From the NCBI GenBank assembly GCA_902785935.1, contig CADAAN010000003.1, forward strand, positions 33,035 to 97,034: a stretch of DNA of 64,000 nucleotides, written 5' to 3'. The notes beneath the pieces were generated by a model. That model was not told where the DNA came from. It worked only from the letters and a program-made list of their open reading frames with translations, and did no database searches. The DNA is from an uncultured Pseudomonadota bacterium. Lineage in GTDB: Bacteria > Pseudomonadota > Alphaproteobacteria > RF32 > CAG-239. The translations under genes were made by a program, and so were the position numbers. Shown here one piece after another: positions 1 to 9,896 of the stretch; position 1 is the first letter of the stretch, and every line of letters begins with the position of its first letter.

Positions 1-158
1 AAGCGGAAAAATTTATTCCGGCTTTAAAAGAGATGATGGAAAATGATGAGCTTTATGAACAAAAAGCCGTCACTGCCATCAATTATGTACGCCAAACGCA
101 TAATGTTGAACGATTTATAAATGATTTACGAAATGTTATCTTAAAGGAAGGAAAATGA
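1..158 (+). CDS. 3' end of an upstream ORF; C-terminus reads ...AEKFIPALKEMMENDELYEQKAVTAINYVRQTHNVERFINDLRNVILKEGK*. Possibly a GT1-type glycosyltransferase C-terminus. The 5' end is off the window.
   Basis: Open frame 3 runs from the window edge to a TGA at 156-158 that overlaps the next ATG. The context is a glycosyltransferase cluster. Confidence 0.35.
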   Translation, partial: AEKFIPALKEMMENDELYEQKAVTAINYVRQTHNVERFINDLRNVILKEGK

Positions 159-1126
159 AAAAACAGCCTAAAGTATCAATTGTTATTCCTGTATATAATG
201 TGGAAGACTATATTCGTCAATGCATAGAAAGCGTTGTCAATCAGACATTAAAAGAGATTGAAATTATCATTGTTGATGATTGTTCTCCGGCAAATGAAGA
301 AACTATTATTCGTGAGTTTATGGCTCGCGATCCTCGAATTGTTTACATCAAAAATCAAAAAAATGTAGGATTAGGAGAGGCTAGAAATATAGGTTTTACA
401 CAAGCAACAGGAGAATATTACGGGTGTGTTGATAGTGATGATTTTGTTGACCATACAATGTTTGAAAAAATGTATATAAAAGCAAAGGATTTTGATTCAG
501 ATATTGTTATTTGCCGGATGCATAGGATAAATTGTCAGACAGATGATATAACAGACGATTCGTATATGAATAATCCTTCAAATGATTTAATCCTTCAAGC
601 GTTTGATAATAACGGGGCTGCGTATCTTCGTCTTTATAAACAGTCTTTCTTCAAAAAGCATATTAGGTATCCCCAAGGGGTTAAATATGAAGATATTGTT
701 CCTTTCTTTACGGGGTATTTAAATACAAGCCAAATAACTTTTGTTGATGAGCCCCTTTATTATTATAGACAAAACAGATTAGGGGCAATTACCAATAAAA
801 CACATACAAAAGATATTCTTATATTTTTAAATGAAGTCATTACGTTATTTAAAGAAAAGGGACTTTTTGAAAAATACAAACAACGTTTATGCTGTTATTG
901 TCCACAGGTTTATTATTGGTATAAAAATAAACCCAAGGAATTATACGATGGAATTCGAGAAATTATTTTAAAGGATTTTGGTAATGTTAAAACAAAAAAT
1001 AAAAGAGTTTTAATGTTTAGAAAATACACCTACGAAAAAAAACAAAAACGTAAAGATTTTTATGAAATTCTTTACAAAATTTTGCCTTGTGAAATGGTTA
1101 AGAAAAAAATGAAGTTATATCAATGA
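155..1126 (+). CDS. Family 2 glycosyltransferase
   Basis: N-terminal VSIVIPVYNVEDYI...DDCS, a typical GT2 DxD-type fold motif. 323 aa. Confidence 0.8.
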   Translation: MKKQPKVSIVIPVYNVEDYIRQCIESVVNQTLKEIEIIIVDDCSPANEETIIREFMARDPRIVYIKNQKNVGLGEARNIGFTQATGEYYGCVDSDDFVDHTMFEKMYIKAKDFDSDIVICRMHRINCQTDDITDDSYMNNPSNDLILQAFDNNGAAYLRLYKQSFFKKHIRYPQGVKYEDIVPFFTGYLNTSQITFVDEPLYYYRQNRLGAITNKTHTKDILIFLNEVITLFKEKGLFEKYKQRLCCYCPQVYYWYKNKPKELYDGIREIILKDFGNVKTKNKRVLMFRKYTYEKKQKRKDFYEILYKILPCEMVKKKMKLYQ

Positions 1127-1230
1127 AAAATAAGAGTTTTGTTTTCACCATCACGACGCCGACCTATAACAGAGTGCATTTGTTGCCGGCGCTTTTCAAG
1201 TCGTTCTTAAACCATACATCCCGATTTTAA
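1123..1230 (+). pseudogene. Remnant N-terminus of a GT2 glycosyltransferase (MKNKSFVFTITTPTYNRVHLLPALFKSFLNHTSRF*), truncated after 35 aa
   Basis: The ATG overlaps the stop of the preceding GT2 gene (ATGA). The peptide matches the canonical GT2 N-terminal motif (TPTYNR..LLP) and then hits a stop. Confidence 0.5.
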
Positions 1231-1268
1231 GGGATAGACTTCAAAAAAAATAACTCCGTTTCAGCTTA

Positions 1269-2201
1269 TCAAGCTTTAAGTATTTTCATATATTCCAAAT
1301 ATTTAAAAATACCGCAGGAAAAGGGCGAAAGCATGTTTTTATCCGCCAAATACCAAAGTTCTTTTTTAAAAGCCTGCGTCATTAAAGGCCGCACATCGTC
1401 CGGCGCTTTTTTGAGCCGCCTTAGTTGCGTACGAAGCAATTTCGGAAACAAATACTTGCGAATAACTTTCAAATCAGGCGTATTTTGATAAACGCCATAG
1501 GTGTATTTGACCACCTCAAAATAATCTTCAATTTGCTTGGCTGATGATTTTTGGTTTGAAATCGATGCCGGATTGATGGTATAAAAATAAAGCTTTTCCT
1601 GCATAATCGCCGTTTTCGGGTGCTTTTGCAAAACCGCAAACGTGTGCGGGCAATCTTCAAAATGAATACCTTTGATAAACGAAATATTTTCAACAATCGC
1701 ACGCTTATAAAGCTTTGTCCATACATTAAACGAAATGCGATATGCCCCCGTTTTAAAAGCATAGTCAAGCGGATTTTTGCTTATTTTTGCTTTAACTTTT
1801 GTGGCATCAATAACCGTCGGATGATAAGATATACCATCTGATTTTTGATAATCAAAACACACCATATCAACATCATCACGTGATGCTATCATCAAACAAA
1901 GCTCAAATGCCTGCGGATGCAAGGCATCATCAGAATCAAAAAAATAAACCCATTCGCCGCAAGCTTCTTTAAGTCCGACATTTCTTGCCATCGAAAGGCC
2001 TTGGTTTTCTTGGCTGATTATTTTGATGCGTGCATCTTTTGCACCATATTCTTCCAAAATTTTCAAACTGTTATCGAAAGAGCCGTCATTAACGCAAATC
2101 AGCTCAAAATCTTCAAATGTTTGGCTCAAAACTGATTTTAACGAACGTTTGAGGTATTTTTCAACATTATAAATCGGCATAACAACGGAAATTTTCGGCA
2201 T
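1269..2201 (-). CDS. Family 2 glycosyltransferase
   Basis: MPKISVVMPIYNVEKYLKRSLKSVLSQT...NDGS; 310 aa. Confidence 0.8.
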   Translation of the reverse strand: MPKISVVMPIYNVEKYLKRSLKSVLSQTFEDFELICVNDGSFDNSLKILEEYGAKDARIKIISQENQGLSMARNVGLKEACGEWVYFFDSDDALHPQAFELCLMIASRDDVDMVCFDYQKSDGISYHPTVIDATKVKAKISKNPLDYAFKTGAYRISFNVWTKLYKRAIVENISFIKGIHFEDCPHTFAVLQKHPKTAIMQEKLYFYTINPASISNQKSSAKQIEDYFEVVKYTYGVYQNTPDLKVIRKYLFPKLLRTQLRRLKKAPDDVRPLMTQAFKKELWYLADKNMLSPFSCGIFKYLEYMKILKA

Positions 2202-2825
2202 TCTATCTCTCCTGAAAGGTACACTCTAAATCAAGTATACAAAAAATTTTTTTCAAATGCCACAACAATTTTGACGATATCAAAAAAGAGAGGACATATA
2301 CACTCCTCTCTTTTTTCCCTTTTATTATGACCCATGTCATAATTCACCTCAAAAAAGGGACCTCTTTTGTCTGACATCAAAGATAAAAACCTTTTTCATT
2401 CGCATTTTTATCACCATCAGACACCTTGGATATATGCCTCATTTGGTATTTATCAAGATACATAAAACCAAAGTATATGTCCCGCTTGGTTTTGGCTTAA
2501 AAAAATTTGTTTACAATTTTAAATTTTTATGATACAGTCAATTCCAGATATTAAAGCTGGGGCTTTTTTATCAAGTGCTCAAAAAGGGCACGGGGCTTAC
2601 AACAGCCTTGATGATACGCAGTGAAGATAACACTGTTTTTGTGGTGTTGTTTTTTTTATTTTAAACAACGTTTATCCCGAAAAAGAGTCGGGGTACTGAT
2701 AATGAATGTACAAGGCATTATCCTAAAGATTATCGGAATCATTTCGTATCATATGATTGTTGTATACCCCGTCGCTCCTGAAAGACGCGACTTTTTTAAT
2801 TTTTAATAAAACCAGGAGAAACTTT

Positions 2826-3437
2826 ATGAAATATAGAAACGAATCAGGCAGAAGTATGGTTGAAATGCTCGGTATGCTGGCCGTTATCGGGGTGTTATCG
2901 GCGGGCGCACTCAAAGGTTACAGCGCCGCAATGTTTAAATACAAAATGAATCAAACGATTGACACGTATAATCAAGTCCTTCAACGCTTTATGGAATTAG
3001 AGCAAAAAGGCTGGAAAGAAGGTATTGAGATTTATGATGCCGAAGATTTAATCAAATACGGGCTTTTACCGGATTGTCAGGTAATAACAGATTCTTATGG
3101 AACAGAGGTTTGCAAACTTCCGATAGGAACATTGGGTATGGGTTTTTATGATAACGGTTCATATGTTTTGGGTGAATTTAGAATATATTTCACCGATTCA
3201 AAATCGTGTATTGCTTTTGCCTCTGCAGGATGGGAAAAGGCATCTCCGGTTGAATGGTGGAATAAACCGGCAGAAAATTATCAAGGCGGATTTATACAAG
3301 CAGGAAGCAAGGACATATACTGGCCTGCAGAAGGTATTACGGAAGTTAAAATGTCTGATATCATCGAGGGGTGCCAGATATGCGAAACAAACTTAGACAC
3401 TTGTTATTTTTATCATGTTATCAGAAATGAATTATAA
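2826..3437 (+). CDS. Type IV pilin-like or pseudopilin-like protein with a prepilin-type N-terminal cleavage/methylation motif
   Basis: AGGAGA RBS then ATG at 2826. MKYRNESG|RSMVEMLGMLAVIGVLSAGAL gives a G at -1 and an E at +5 of a class III signal peptide, followed by a hydrophobic helix. There is a C-terminal Cys pair (CQICETNLDTC). No pilus assembly genes are adjacent. Confidence 0.6.
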   Translation: MKYRNESGRSMVEMLGMLAVIGVLSAGALKGYSAAMFKYKMNQTIDTYNQVLQRFMELEQKGWKEGIEIYDAEDLIKYGLLPDCQVITDSYGTEVCKLPIGTLGMGFYDNGSYVLGEFRIYFTDSKSCIAFASAGWEKASPVEWWNKPAENYQGGFIQAGSKDIYWPAEGITEVKMSDIIEGCQICETNLDTCYFYHVIRNEL

Positions 3438-3458
3438 ATACTTTCACCGGTGGAGGAA

Positions 3459-3666
3459 GTGTACATAGACACACTCGATACAAGCCGCTGAAAAAACACG
3501 ATATTTGAGGCAAATAATAAGATTTTCCGCTTCAGGCGACAGGATCGTACATAGACACACTCGATACAAGCCGCTGAAAAAACACGATATTTGAGGCGGA
3601 TAATAAGAATTTTTGGCTCGGGCGACAGGAGTGTACATAAACGTACATGACCGAGCCCGAGCCAAA
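3459..3666. repeat. 86-bp intergenic tandem repeat in about 2.4 copies (gtacatagacacactcgatacaagccgctgaaaaaacacgatatttgaggc.aataataaga...), ending in a large inverted repeat
   Basis: Direct comparison of 3461-3546 with 3547-3632, plus a partial third copy from 3633. Confidence 0.7.
3611..3666. terminator. Bidirectional hairpin terminator between the pilin-like gene and fabG (stem TTTTTGGCTCGGGC / GCCCGAGCCAAAAA)
   Basis: 14-bp perfect inverted repeat flanked by A and T runs. Confidence 0.5.
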
Positions 3667-3702
3667 AATTCTGTATTTAGACGCCCAAAGAGCGTGTTTT
3701 TT

Positions 3703-4440
3703 CTATATCATGGCCATACCGCCGTTCACGTGTATCGTCTGCCCCGTAATATACGATGCCTCATCAGAAGCTAAAAAAGCAACAACATTCGCAATATCTT
3801 GGGCTTCACCCAAACGCGCTTCAGGAATTTTAGAAAGCAAATTGGCCTTCACGTCATCGGGCAAAACATCTGTCATCGGCGTACGGATAAAGCCCGGCGC
3901 AATAGAGTTGACCGTGATATTTCTTGAGCCGACTTCTTGCGCTAAACATTTATTCATCGCAATCATACCGGCTTTTGAGGCACTGTAATTAGCCTGCCCC
4001 GCATTGCCCATCACGCCGACAACAGACGCAATACCGATGATACGACCGAACCGACGCTTCATCATTCCTCGAATCACAGCTTTTGAAAGCTTAAAACCTG
4101 CGGATAAATTGACATCCAAAACAAGTTGCCAATCTTCATCAGACATACGCATAAACAGATTATCACGCGTCAAACCGGCATTGTTGACTAAAATATCAAT
4201 CTTACCGAATTTCGCCTCAACATCTGACACCAAATTTTTGATTTCATCGGCATTTGAAAGGTTGGCGACAAAACATTCAACACCATTTCCAAGCTCTGCC
4301 TTTAATTTTTCCATCCCTTGGGGGCGCATATCCGTTAAAGCAAGTTTGGCCCCTTGCGCATGAAGGGTACGTGCGATTTTATCACCTAAACCGCCAGAAG
4401 CACCGGTGATTAAAGCAACTTTATCTTTTAATTCAAACAT
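3703..4440 (-). CDS. fabG: 3-oxoacyl-[acyl-carrier-protein] reductase
   Basis: MFELKDKVALITGASGGLGDKIA... SDR fold with an NAG and YxxxK pattern; 245 aa. Confidence 0.9.
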   Translation of the reverse strand: MFELKDKVALITGASGGLGDKIARTLHAQGAKLALTDMRPQGMEKLKAELGNGVECFVANLSNADEIKNLVSDVEAKFGKIDILVNNAGLTRDNLFMRMSDEDWQLVLDVNLSAGFKLSKAVIRGMMKRRFGRIIGIASVVGVMGNAGQANYSASKAGMIAMNKCLAQEVGSRNITVNSIAPGFIRTPMTDVLPDDVKANLLSKIPEARLGEAQDIANVVAFLASDEASYITGQTIHVNGGMAMI

Positions 4441-4463
4441 ATTTTTTTCCTTTCAATATTGGG

Positions 4464-5408
4464 TTATAAATTATTTGCAAGCTCACTTATTTCATCAGGG
4501 GTATGTACAGCCGTTGCATAAATATTTTTATACGCACGCTTAAACATATTGGTCAAAACATTTGACGGACCGAGCTCAATGACATCCGTCACGGCATTTT
4601 CGCTCAAAAAATCCATCGTTTCACGCCATCTGACCGTCGAGGTGACTTGCAATGTTAAATTTTTAATAATTTCTTCTTTTTTGAGGACAGGCAAAGCAAC
4701 AACATTTTGCACAATTTTAATTTTTGCATCATTTGCAAAAACTTTTGATAAGGCTTTTGCCATCACCATTTGAGCCGGAGCCATCAACGGGCTGTGGAAA
4801 GGCGCACTTACATTTAAGAAAACAGCTTTTTTTGCCCCGAATTCAGGCGCAATCCGAGCGGCCTTTTCAAGCGCTTTAATATGCCCTGACAGCACAACCT
4901 GACCTGTCATATTGTCATTGGCACTTGAGCAAAAACAGTCTTCATCAGATGAGGCCTCAACAAGCCCCTCTACATCTTCAAACGACAGGCCTAAAACGGC
5001 AAGCATTGAACCTATACCTTCAGGCACGGCTTTTTGCATGGCATCGCCTCGAATACGCAATAATTTGGCCGTATCGGAAAGCGAAAAAACACCGCCGGCA
5101 CATGCGGCCGAATATTCTCCCAAAGAGTGCCCCGCCAAAAACGAAACTTTTTGAGAAAGTTTTATGCCAAACTCTTTTTCAAGCACTTTTAAGGTCGCAA
5201 TTGAAACAGCCATAATTGCCGGTTGCGCATTTGATGTCAATCTGAGCTCGGATTCCGTCCCGTTTGTCATTAAATCAAATAATTTTTGATTTAATGCATC
5301 ATCAACCTCATCGAAAACATCTTTGGCCGATCTGAAATTATCATAAAGTTCACGCCCCATACCGATATGTTGTGAACCTTGTCCGGGAAATACAAAAGCG
5401 TACTGCAT
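4464..5408 (-). CDS. fabD: Malonyl-CoA:ACP transacylase
   Basis: MQYAFVFPGQGSQHIGMG...GHSLGEYSA active-site motif; 314 aa. Confidence 0.9.
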   Translation of the reverse strand: MQYAFVFPGQGSQHIGMGRELYDNFRSAKDVFDEVDDALNQKLFDLMTNGTESELRLTSNAQPAIMAVSIATLKVLEKEFGIKLSQKVSFLAGHSLGEYSAACAGGVFSLSDTAKLLRIRGDAMQKAVPEGIGSMLAVLGLSFEDVEGLVEASSDEDCFCSSANDNMTGQVVLSGHIKALEKAARIAPEFGAKKAVFLNVSAPFHSPLMAPAQMVMAKALSKVFANDAKIKIVQNVVALPVLKKEEIIKNLTLQVTSTVRWRETMDFLSENAVTDVIELGPSNVLTNMFKRAYKNIYATAVHTPDEISELANNL

Positions 5409-5506
5409 TTTATCTTAAAAAAAACCTTTTTATTAATGATTTATTCGGAATTTAGAAGTATTTTAATAAAAAGTCAATTATATATCGTGAAATATCAAAA
5501 GGTAAA

Positions 5507-6329
5507 AATGCTGAACTTACAAAAAATATCCGTTGTCACGATTATCAACCCCGGCACACGCTTTTACGTTACCGCGGTAAAATCCTTTATGTATCAAACT
5601 TATAAAAATGCTGAATGGATTGTCATCGATAACAGCGGAAAAAATTTGATTAGTGCAAAATTTGCAAAATATGAACAAAAAGACGAGCGTATCAAATTTT
5701 TTGAAAATCCCATGGTTTTAAGTCACGATGAGGTTCTTAAACAAGCGTTTGATTTAGCTCAAGGATCATATATCGCATTTTTGGATCCTCAAGATTATTG
5801 GATTAATGATAAACTATCACGCCAAATCGGTTTTATGATGCGATTTGGTGCACCCTTGTCACATACATCGTATGCTTTCGGCGATGACAAATGTCACTTG
5901 CTCAACATCGGGTGTTATCACATTTCAGGCGATTTTAATCTGCTCAATTATAAAACAAAAAATCCTATTTGCATATCAACATTGATGCTCAACAAAGAGC
6001 GATCTCTTATTGATTTTGAAAAATATGAAGAAAGTGAAAATTCCGATTTAATGACATTTTTCTTAAAAAACGGCCTTATATCTGCCGGTTTGACAGACGT
6101 TATGACTTTATGTCGGCCTGTTTTTGATAAAAAAACTCAATCCAAAATCGATGGCCTTATTCGTGACCTTTTGCTTGCAAACCCCAATGATAAAACAACC
6201 GCTTTGCGCGTTGTTGAACACCATGCCTACAATGCCAAAAATGTTGATGGCTTAAAGCTTGACCCGAGTGTATGTATCGGTCACGAGGTTGTCACAAGTA
6301 TGAACAAATTACGCAATTTTAAGATATAA
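5507..6329 (+). CDS. Divergent glycosyltransferase-2-like protein
   Basis: ISVVTIINPGTRFYVTAVKSFMYQTYKNAEWIVIDNSG resembles a GT2 N-terminus. The start was chosen at the ATG after the fabD overlap. Confidence 0.4.
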
Positions 6330-6341
6330 CAGGTAAATTAA

Positions 6342-8606
6342 ATGGCAAAAAAAACAAAGAAAAAAGAAACAAAAATCAGCGCTTTTTTAAAAAGGCTGAC
6401 AGGCGTTTTACTGATTTTGGCGGCAATTGCATTTTATCTTGCAGTTGCAACCTATCACCCGTCAGATCCTAATTTGAACAACATCAAAGAAGGTGAAATT
6501 CAAAATCTTTTGGGGCTTTTCGGAGCCGATATAGCTCATATCAGTATTTATTTTTTGGGACTTGCCCCGGCTGTCTTTGTTTTGGCTTTTTTTGTATGGG
6601 GATATAAACTCATTCGTTATAAAACGATTTTGCTTCTTAAATGGCGAATTTTTGCATTCATATCAGGCATTTTAACATTATCACCTCTGTTTTCAATGAT
6701 TTCAAAAGCCTGTACAAAATGTGATTTTTTAAAGTTTAATTTAGGCGGTATTTTGGGTCAAAAAATTTTAGCGCTTTCAGGTTCTTTTCTTTCAAAAGGA
6801 CGGATTGAAGCCTACCGCGAGCCGATATCAGCAACCGTTTTTGCTCTTATCTTTATTGTTTCATTTAATTTGGCAATGGGCATCACTTTCAAAGACTGGT
6901 ATAATTTTATCAAAAAAATCGCTCAAAAAATATACATTGCCTTGGCATATACCTGGCTCGGCATTTATAAATTGTATTGCCTTGTCAGAGGTAAAAAACC
7001 GGCAAAAACCTCTAAAATCAAGATTGAGCCGAAATTAAACGCAAAGCCCAAAGCCGAAAAAGCAAAAGCAAAGGCAGGCTCAGGCAAAAATACGCCCTCT
7101 TTCGGCACAAAGGATTATCAATTTCCAAGCATTGATTTACTCTCTCGTCCGAAAGAAAAAAGTACAAACGAAGTCAGCCAAAAAGATTTGGATGCCACCG
7201 CACACTCGCTTGAAAGCGTCCTGCAGGAATTCGGCGTCAACGGCGAGATTGTGGCCGTGCGTCCGGGGCCTGTTGTTACGCTTTATGAATTTAAGCCGAT
7301 TGCCGGCACAAAAACCGCCCGTGTCATCGGACTTGCAGATGATATTGCGCGCTCGATGTGTGCTTTGTCTGTCAGAATTGCCGTTGTTCCCGGCACAGAT
7401 ACCATCGGTATTGAAATTCCGAACAAAAAACGTGAAACCGTTTGGTTTAGAGATTTGATTGAAGATGAAACATTTAAAAACTCAAAAAATACCTTAAATG
7501 TTGCTTTGGGTAAAGATATCGGCGGCCAAAACGTATATGCGGATTTGGCCAAGATGCCGCACCTTTTGGTTGCTGGTACAACGGGTTCGGGTAAATCCGT
7601 CGGTGTCAACTCGATGATTTTATCGCTTTTATATAAGATGACCCCTGAAGAATGCAAGATGATTATGATTGATCCGAAAATGCTTGAGTTTTCGATGTAC
7701 AACGACATTCCTCACCTTTTAACGCCGGTGATTACCGATCCGGCCAAGGCCGTCGTCGGCTTAAAATGGGCAGTCTGCGAAATGGAAAAACGTTATCGCA
7801 AAATATCTGACTTGCACGTACGCAATATTTTCGGTTACAACCAAAAGCTCAAAGAGCTCAAAGAAAGCGGTGAAAAAGTCATGAAGACCATTCAGGTCGG
7901 ATTTGATCCCGAAACGGGCAAACCGATTTATGAACAGCAGGAATTGGACACAACGCCGATGCCTTATATCGTCATTGTCGTTGATGAAGTCGCCGATTTG
8001 ATGATTATGGCCAAAAAAGAAGTTGAAGCCGCCATCCAACGTCTGGCTCAAAAAGCCCGCGCCGCCGGCATACACCTTATCATGGCAACGCAACGTCCGT
8101 CCGTTGATGTCATCACGGGTGTCATTAAGGCCAACTTCCCATCGCGTATCAGTTTTCAGGTCACCTCAAAATTTGACAGCATGACGATTTTGGGTGAAAA
8201 AGGCGCCGAACAACTTCTCGGCATGGGTGACATGCTCTTTATGTCCGCCGGTCTTAAACCTCAACGCGTGCACGGCAGCTTTGTCAAAGACAGTGAAGTT
8301 GAGGCCATTGCCGAGTTCTTAAAAACGCAAGGTGCGCCGGAATATATTGATGAAATCACCGAAGGCGAACTTGATACAAAAGATGCGGGGCCTGTGTTTG
8401 ATAGTACATCTATGAGCGGATCGGATGCGGATTTATACCGTCAGGCCGTTGAAATTGTGCGCAACGACAAAAAGGCCTCAACAAGTTATATTCAGCGTCG
8501 TCTGCGTATCGGCTATAACCGCGCGGCCGCTTTGATTGACAGGATGCAGGATGAAGGTATTGTCGGCCCTGCAGATCATGTCGGTCGCCGTGAGGTCATC
8601 GGCTAG
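6342..8606 (+). CDS. ftsK: DNA translocase FtsK
   Basis: N-terminal TM segments, a linker, a motor domain with GTTGSGKSV (Walker A) and IVVDEVADLM, and a C-terminal gamma domain. Confidence 0.9.
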   Translation: MAKKTKKKETKISAFLKRLTGVLLILAAIAFYLAVATYHPSDPNLNNIKEGEIQNLLGLFGADIAHISIYFLGLAPAVFVLAFFVWGYKLIRYKTILLLKWRIFAFISGILTLSPLFSMISKACTKCDFLKFNLGGILGQKILALSGSFLSKGRIEAYREPISATVFALIFIVSFNLAMGITFKDWYNFIKKIAQKIYIALAYTWLGIYKLYCLVRGKKPAKTSKIKIEPKLNAKPKAEKAKAKAGSGKNTPSFGTKDYQFPSIDLLSRPKEKSTNEVSQKDLDATAHSLESVLQEFGVNGEIVAVRPGPVVTLYEFKPIAGTKTARVIGLADDIARSMCALSVRIAVVPGTDTIGIEIPNKKRETVWFRDLIEDETFKNSKNTLNVALGKDIGGQNVYADLAKMPHLLVAGTTGSGKSVGVNSMILSLLYKMTPEECKMIMIDPKMLEFSMYNDIPHLLTPVITDPAKAVVGLKWAVCEMEKRYRKISDLHVRNIFGYNQKLKELKESGEKVMKTIQVGFDPETGKPIYEQQELDTTPMPYIVIVVDEVADLMIMAKKEVEAAIQRLAQKARAAGIHLIMATQRPSVDVITGVIKANFPSRISFQVTSKFDSMTILGEKGAEQLLGMGDMLFMSAGLKPQRVHGSFVKDSEVEAIAEFLKTQGAPEYIDEITEGELDTKDAGPVFDSTSMSGSDADLYRQAVEIVRNDKKASTSYIQRRLRIGYNRAAALIDRMQDEGIVGPADHVGRREVIG

Positions 8607-8634
8607 CAAAAAAAATATCAGCTTTGATAAAAAC

Positions 8635-9108
8635 TCACTCCCAATCGGCAAAATTAAAATTGGTGAGATTAATGACTGTTTTGTGCTTTTTGAGGGCATA
8701 TCTGACGGCGCAATAAGCTCCGCCGATACCGTCGACGTACGAAACGATAAAATCCGCACAATTAACCATATATTGATTGCGCGCGACAATGGCATAACGT
8801 CTTTTGCATCTTTCGACACTGATAGGATAGTCAAAAGTATCATATGGCGGCAAAGGCTTGTATTGCATAAGTTGTGAACCATAAGCCAAAATCAGCCATG
8901 TTCTGATGAAAGGATATTTTTCTTTCAAGTCACGCACAACAGTTCCGGCAATCACGTCAAAAGCGCCATGACCACCCACATAAAACGTATCGACCCCTTC
9001 TTTTTCAATCAAGACGGAAACGATTGTTTTCAATCTGTCAATCCATTCTTCCTGATAGCCCAGATTAAAAGGCTCCCTGTGACCGAAAAAAGCACAAACT
9101 TTTCCCAT
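8635..9108 (-). CDS. SLOG-fold YpsA/DUF1273-like protein
   Basis: CAFFGHREPF...YVGGHGAFDV (GGxGxD Rossmann-like motif) with overall YpsA-like length and pattern. Assignment is tentative. Confidence 0.4.
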   Translation of the reverse strand: MGKVCAFFGHREPFNLGYQEEWIDRLKTIVSVLIEKEGVDTFYVGGHGAFDVIAGTVVRDLKEKYPFIRTWLILAYGSQLMQYKPLPPYDTFDYPISVERCKRRYAIVARNQYMVNCADFIVSYVDGIGGAYCAVRYALKKHKTVINLTNFNFADWE

Positions 9109-9435
9109 TTTTTATTTCCCTGTAAATAAGATTAAAACAAAAAACCACCTCAAAAAGGCGGTCAGGGCGTTCAACAATCACACACTACAATGACTCTCAT
9201 GACCTTTAGGAAAAACCCTTGTACATTCGTCACAAGCACCCCGAACCATTTCTGTCGGGGATATAATTATTTTTGGCAGATATCCAACTGCCAGTAGCGT
9301 AAAGGTCGTTGAAAACCCCGCACCCTTTTCGGGCACTTGATAAAAAAACAAAAATTTTTCTACCCAATCTTATTATCATAAAAAAACAATCTCTTTGTCA
9401 AGAAAAATTTAGCCTCACCTCAATAAAAAAGCAAA

Positions 9436-9470
9436 CGGCTCTTTTAAAAAAGAGCCGCTTTATTTCATTT
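9436..9470. terminator. Hairpin plus T-run terminator downstream of the DUF378 gene
   Basis: cggctcttttaaaaaagagccg followed by a T-rich run on the minus strand. Confidence 0.5.
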
Positions 9471-9480
9471 TAAGTTTTCA

Positions 9481-9693
9481 TTATCTTTTTTCGATGACGA
9501 TTGTATCGGGCGCAAATTGTCCGTAAATCAACCAGATAGCGGACAATCCGGCCAAGATATAAACAATACGTGCCAAAATGCTCATATCGCCGAAAATCAT
9601 CCCGACCAAGTTAAAGTTAAATGCACCGACAAGACCCCAGTTTAAGCCGCCGATGATGGCAAGCCAAAGTGCTATTTTAGAAAGGTAATACAT
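9481..9693 (-). CDS. DUF378-family small membrane protein
   Basis: GLNWGLVGAFNFNLV motif and two TM helices; 70 aa. Confidence 0.7.
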   Translation of the reverse strand: MYYLSKIALWLAIIGGLNWGLVGAFNFNLVGMIFGDMSILARIVYILAGLSAIWLIYGQFAPDTIVIEKR

Positions 9694-9796
9694 ATATGCT
9701 TCTCCTTATAAAAATAAAAATGTTTCCTTTTTCAAGCATTTTTGATATATGCCTTGAATTTTGATTTTCAAGATAAGCACTTTAAAACAAAAGAAA

Positions 9797-9826
9797 CGGC
9801 ACCCGAGGGCGCCGTTTTTTTTATTG
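9797..9826. terminator. Bidirectional hairpin terminator (aacggcacccgagggcgccgtt) between the DUF378 gene and the large lipoprotein gene
   Basis: Inverted repeat with flanking A and T runs. Confidence 0.5.
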
Positions 9827-9896
9827 AAAAAATAACATGTTTCTTAGAGTGATAATCATAACGAAAACAATCAAACATTATGATTTGAACGCTCGA

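Noticed and set aside
1469-2135. Several 70-100-aa ORFs inside or antisense to the GT2 gene
   Set aside because: They are fully nested in a well-supported CDS and have low-complexity translations.
5379-5506. Upstream extension of the GT2-like ORF (start at 5379) overlapping the fabD start
   Set aside because: The extension overlaps the divergent fabD start region and lacks an RBS. The ATG at 5507 gives the GT2-like N-terminus directly.
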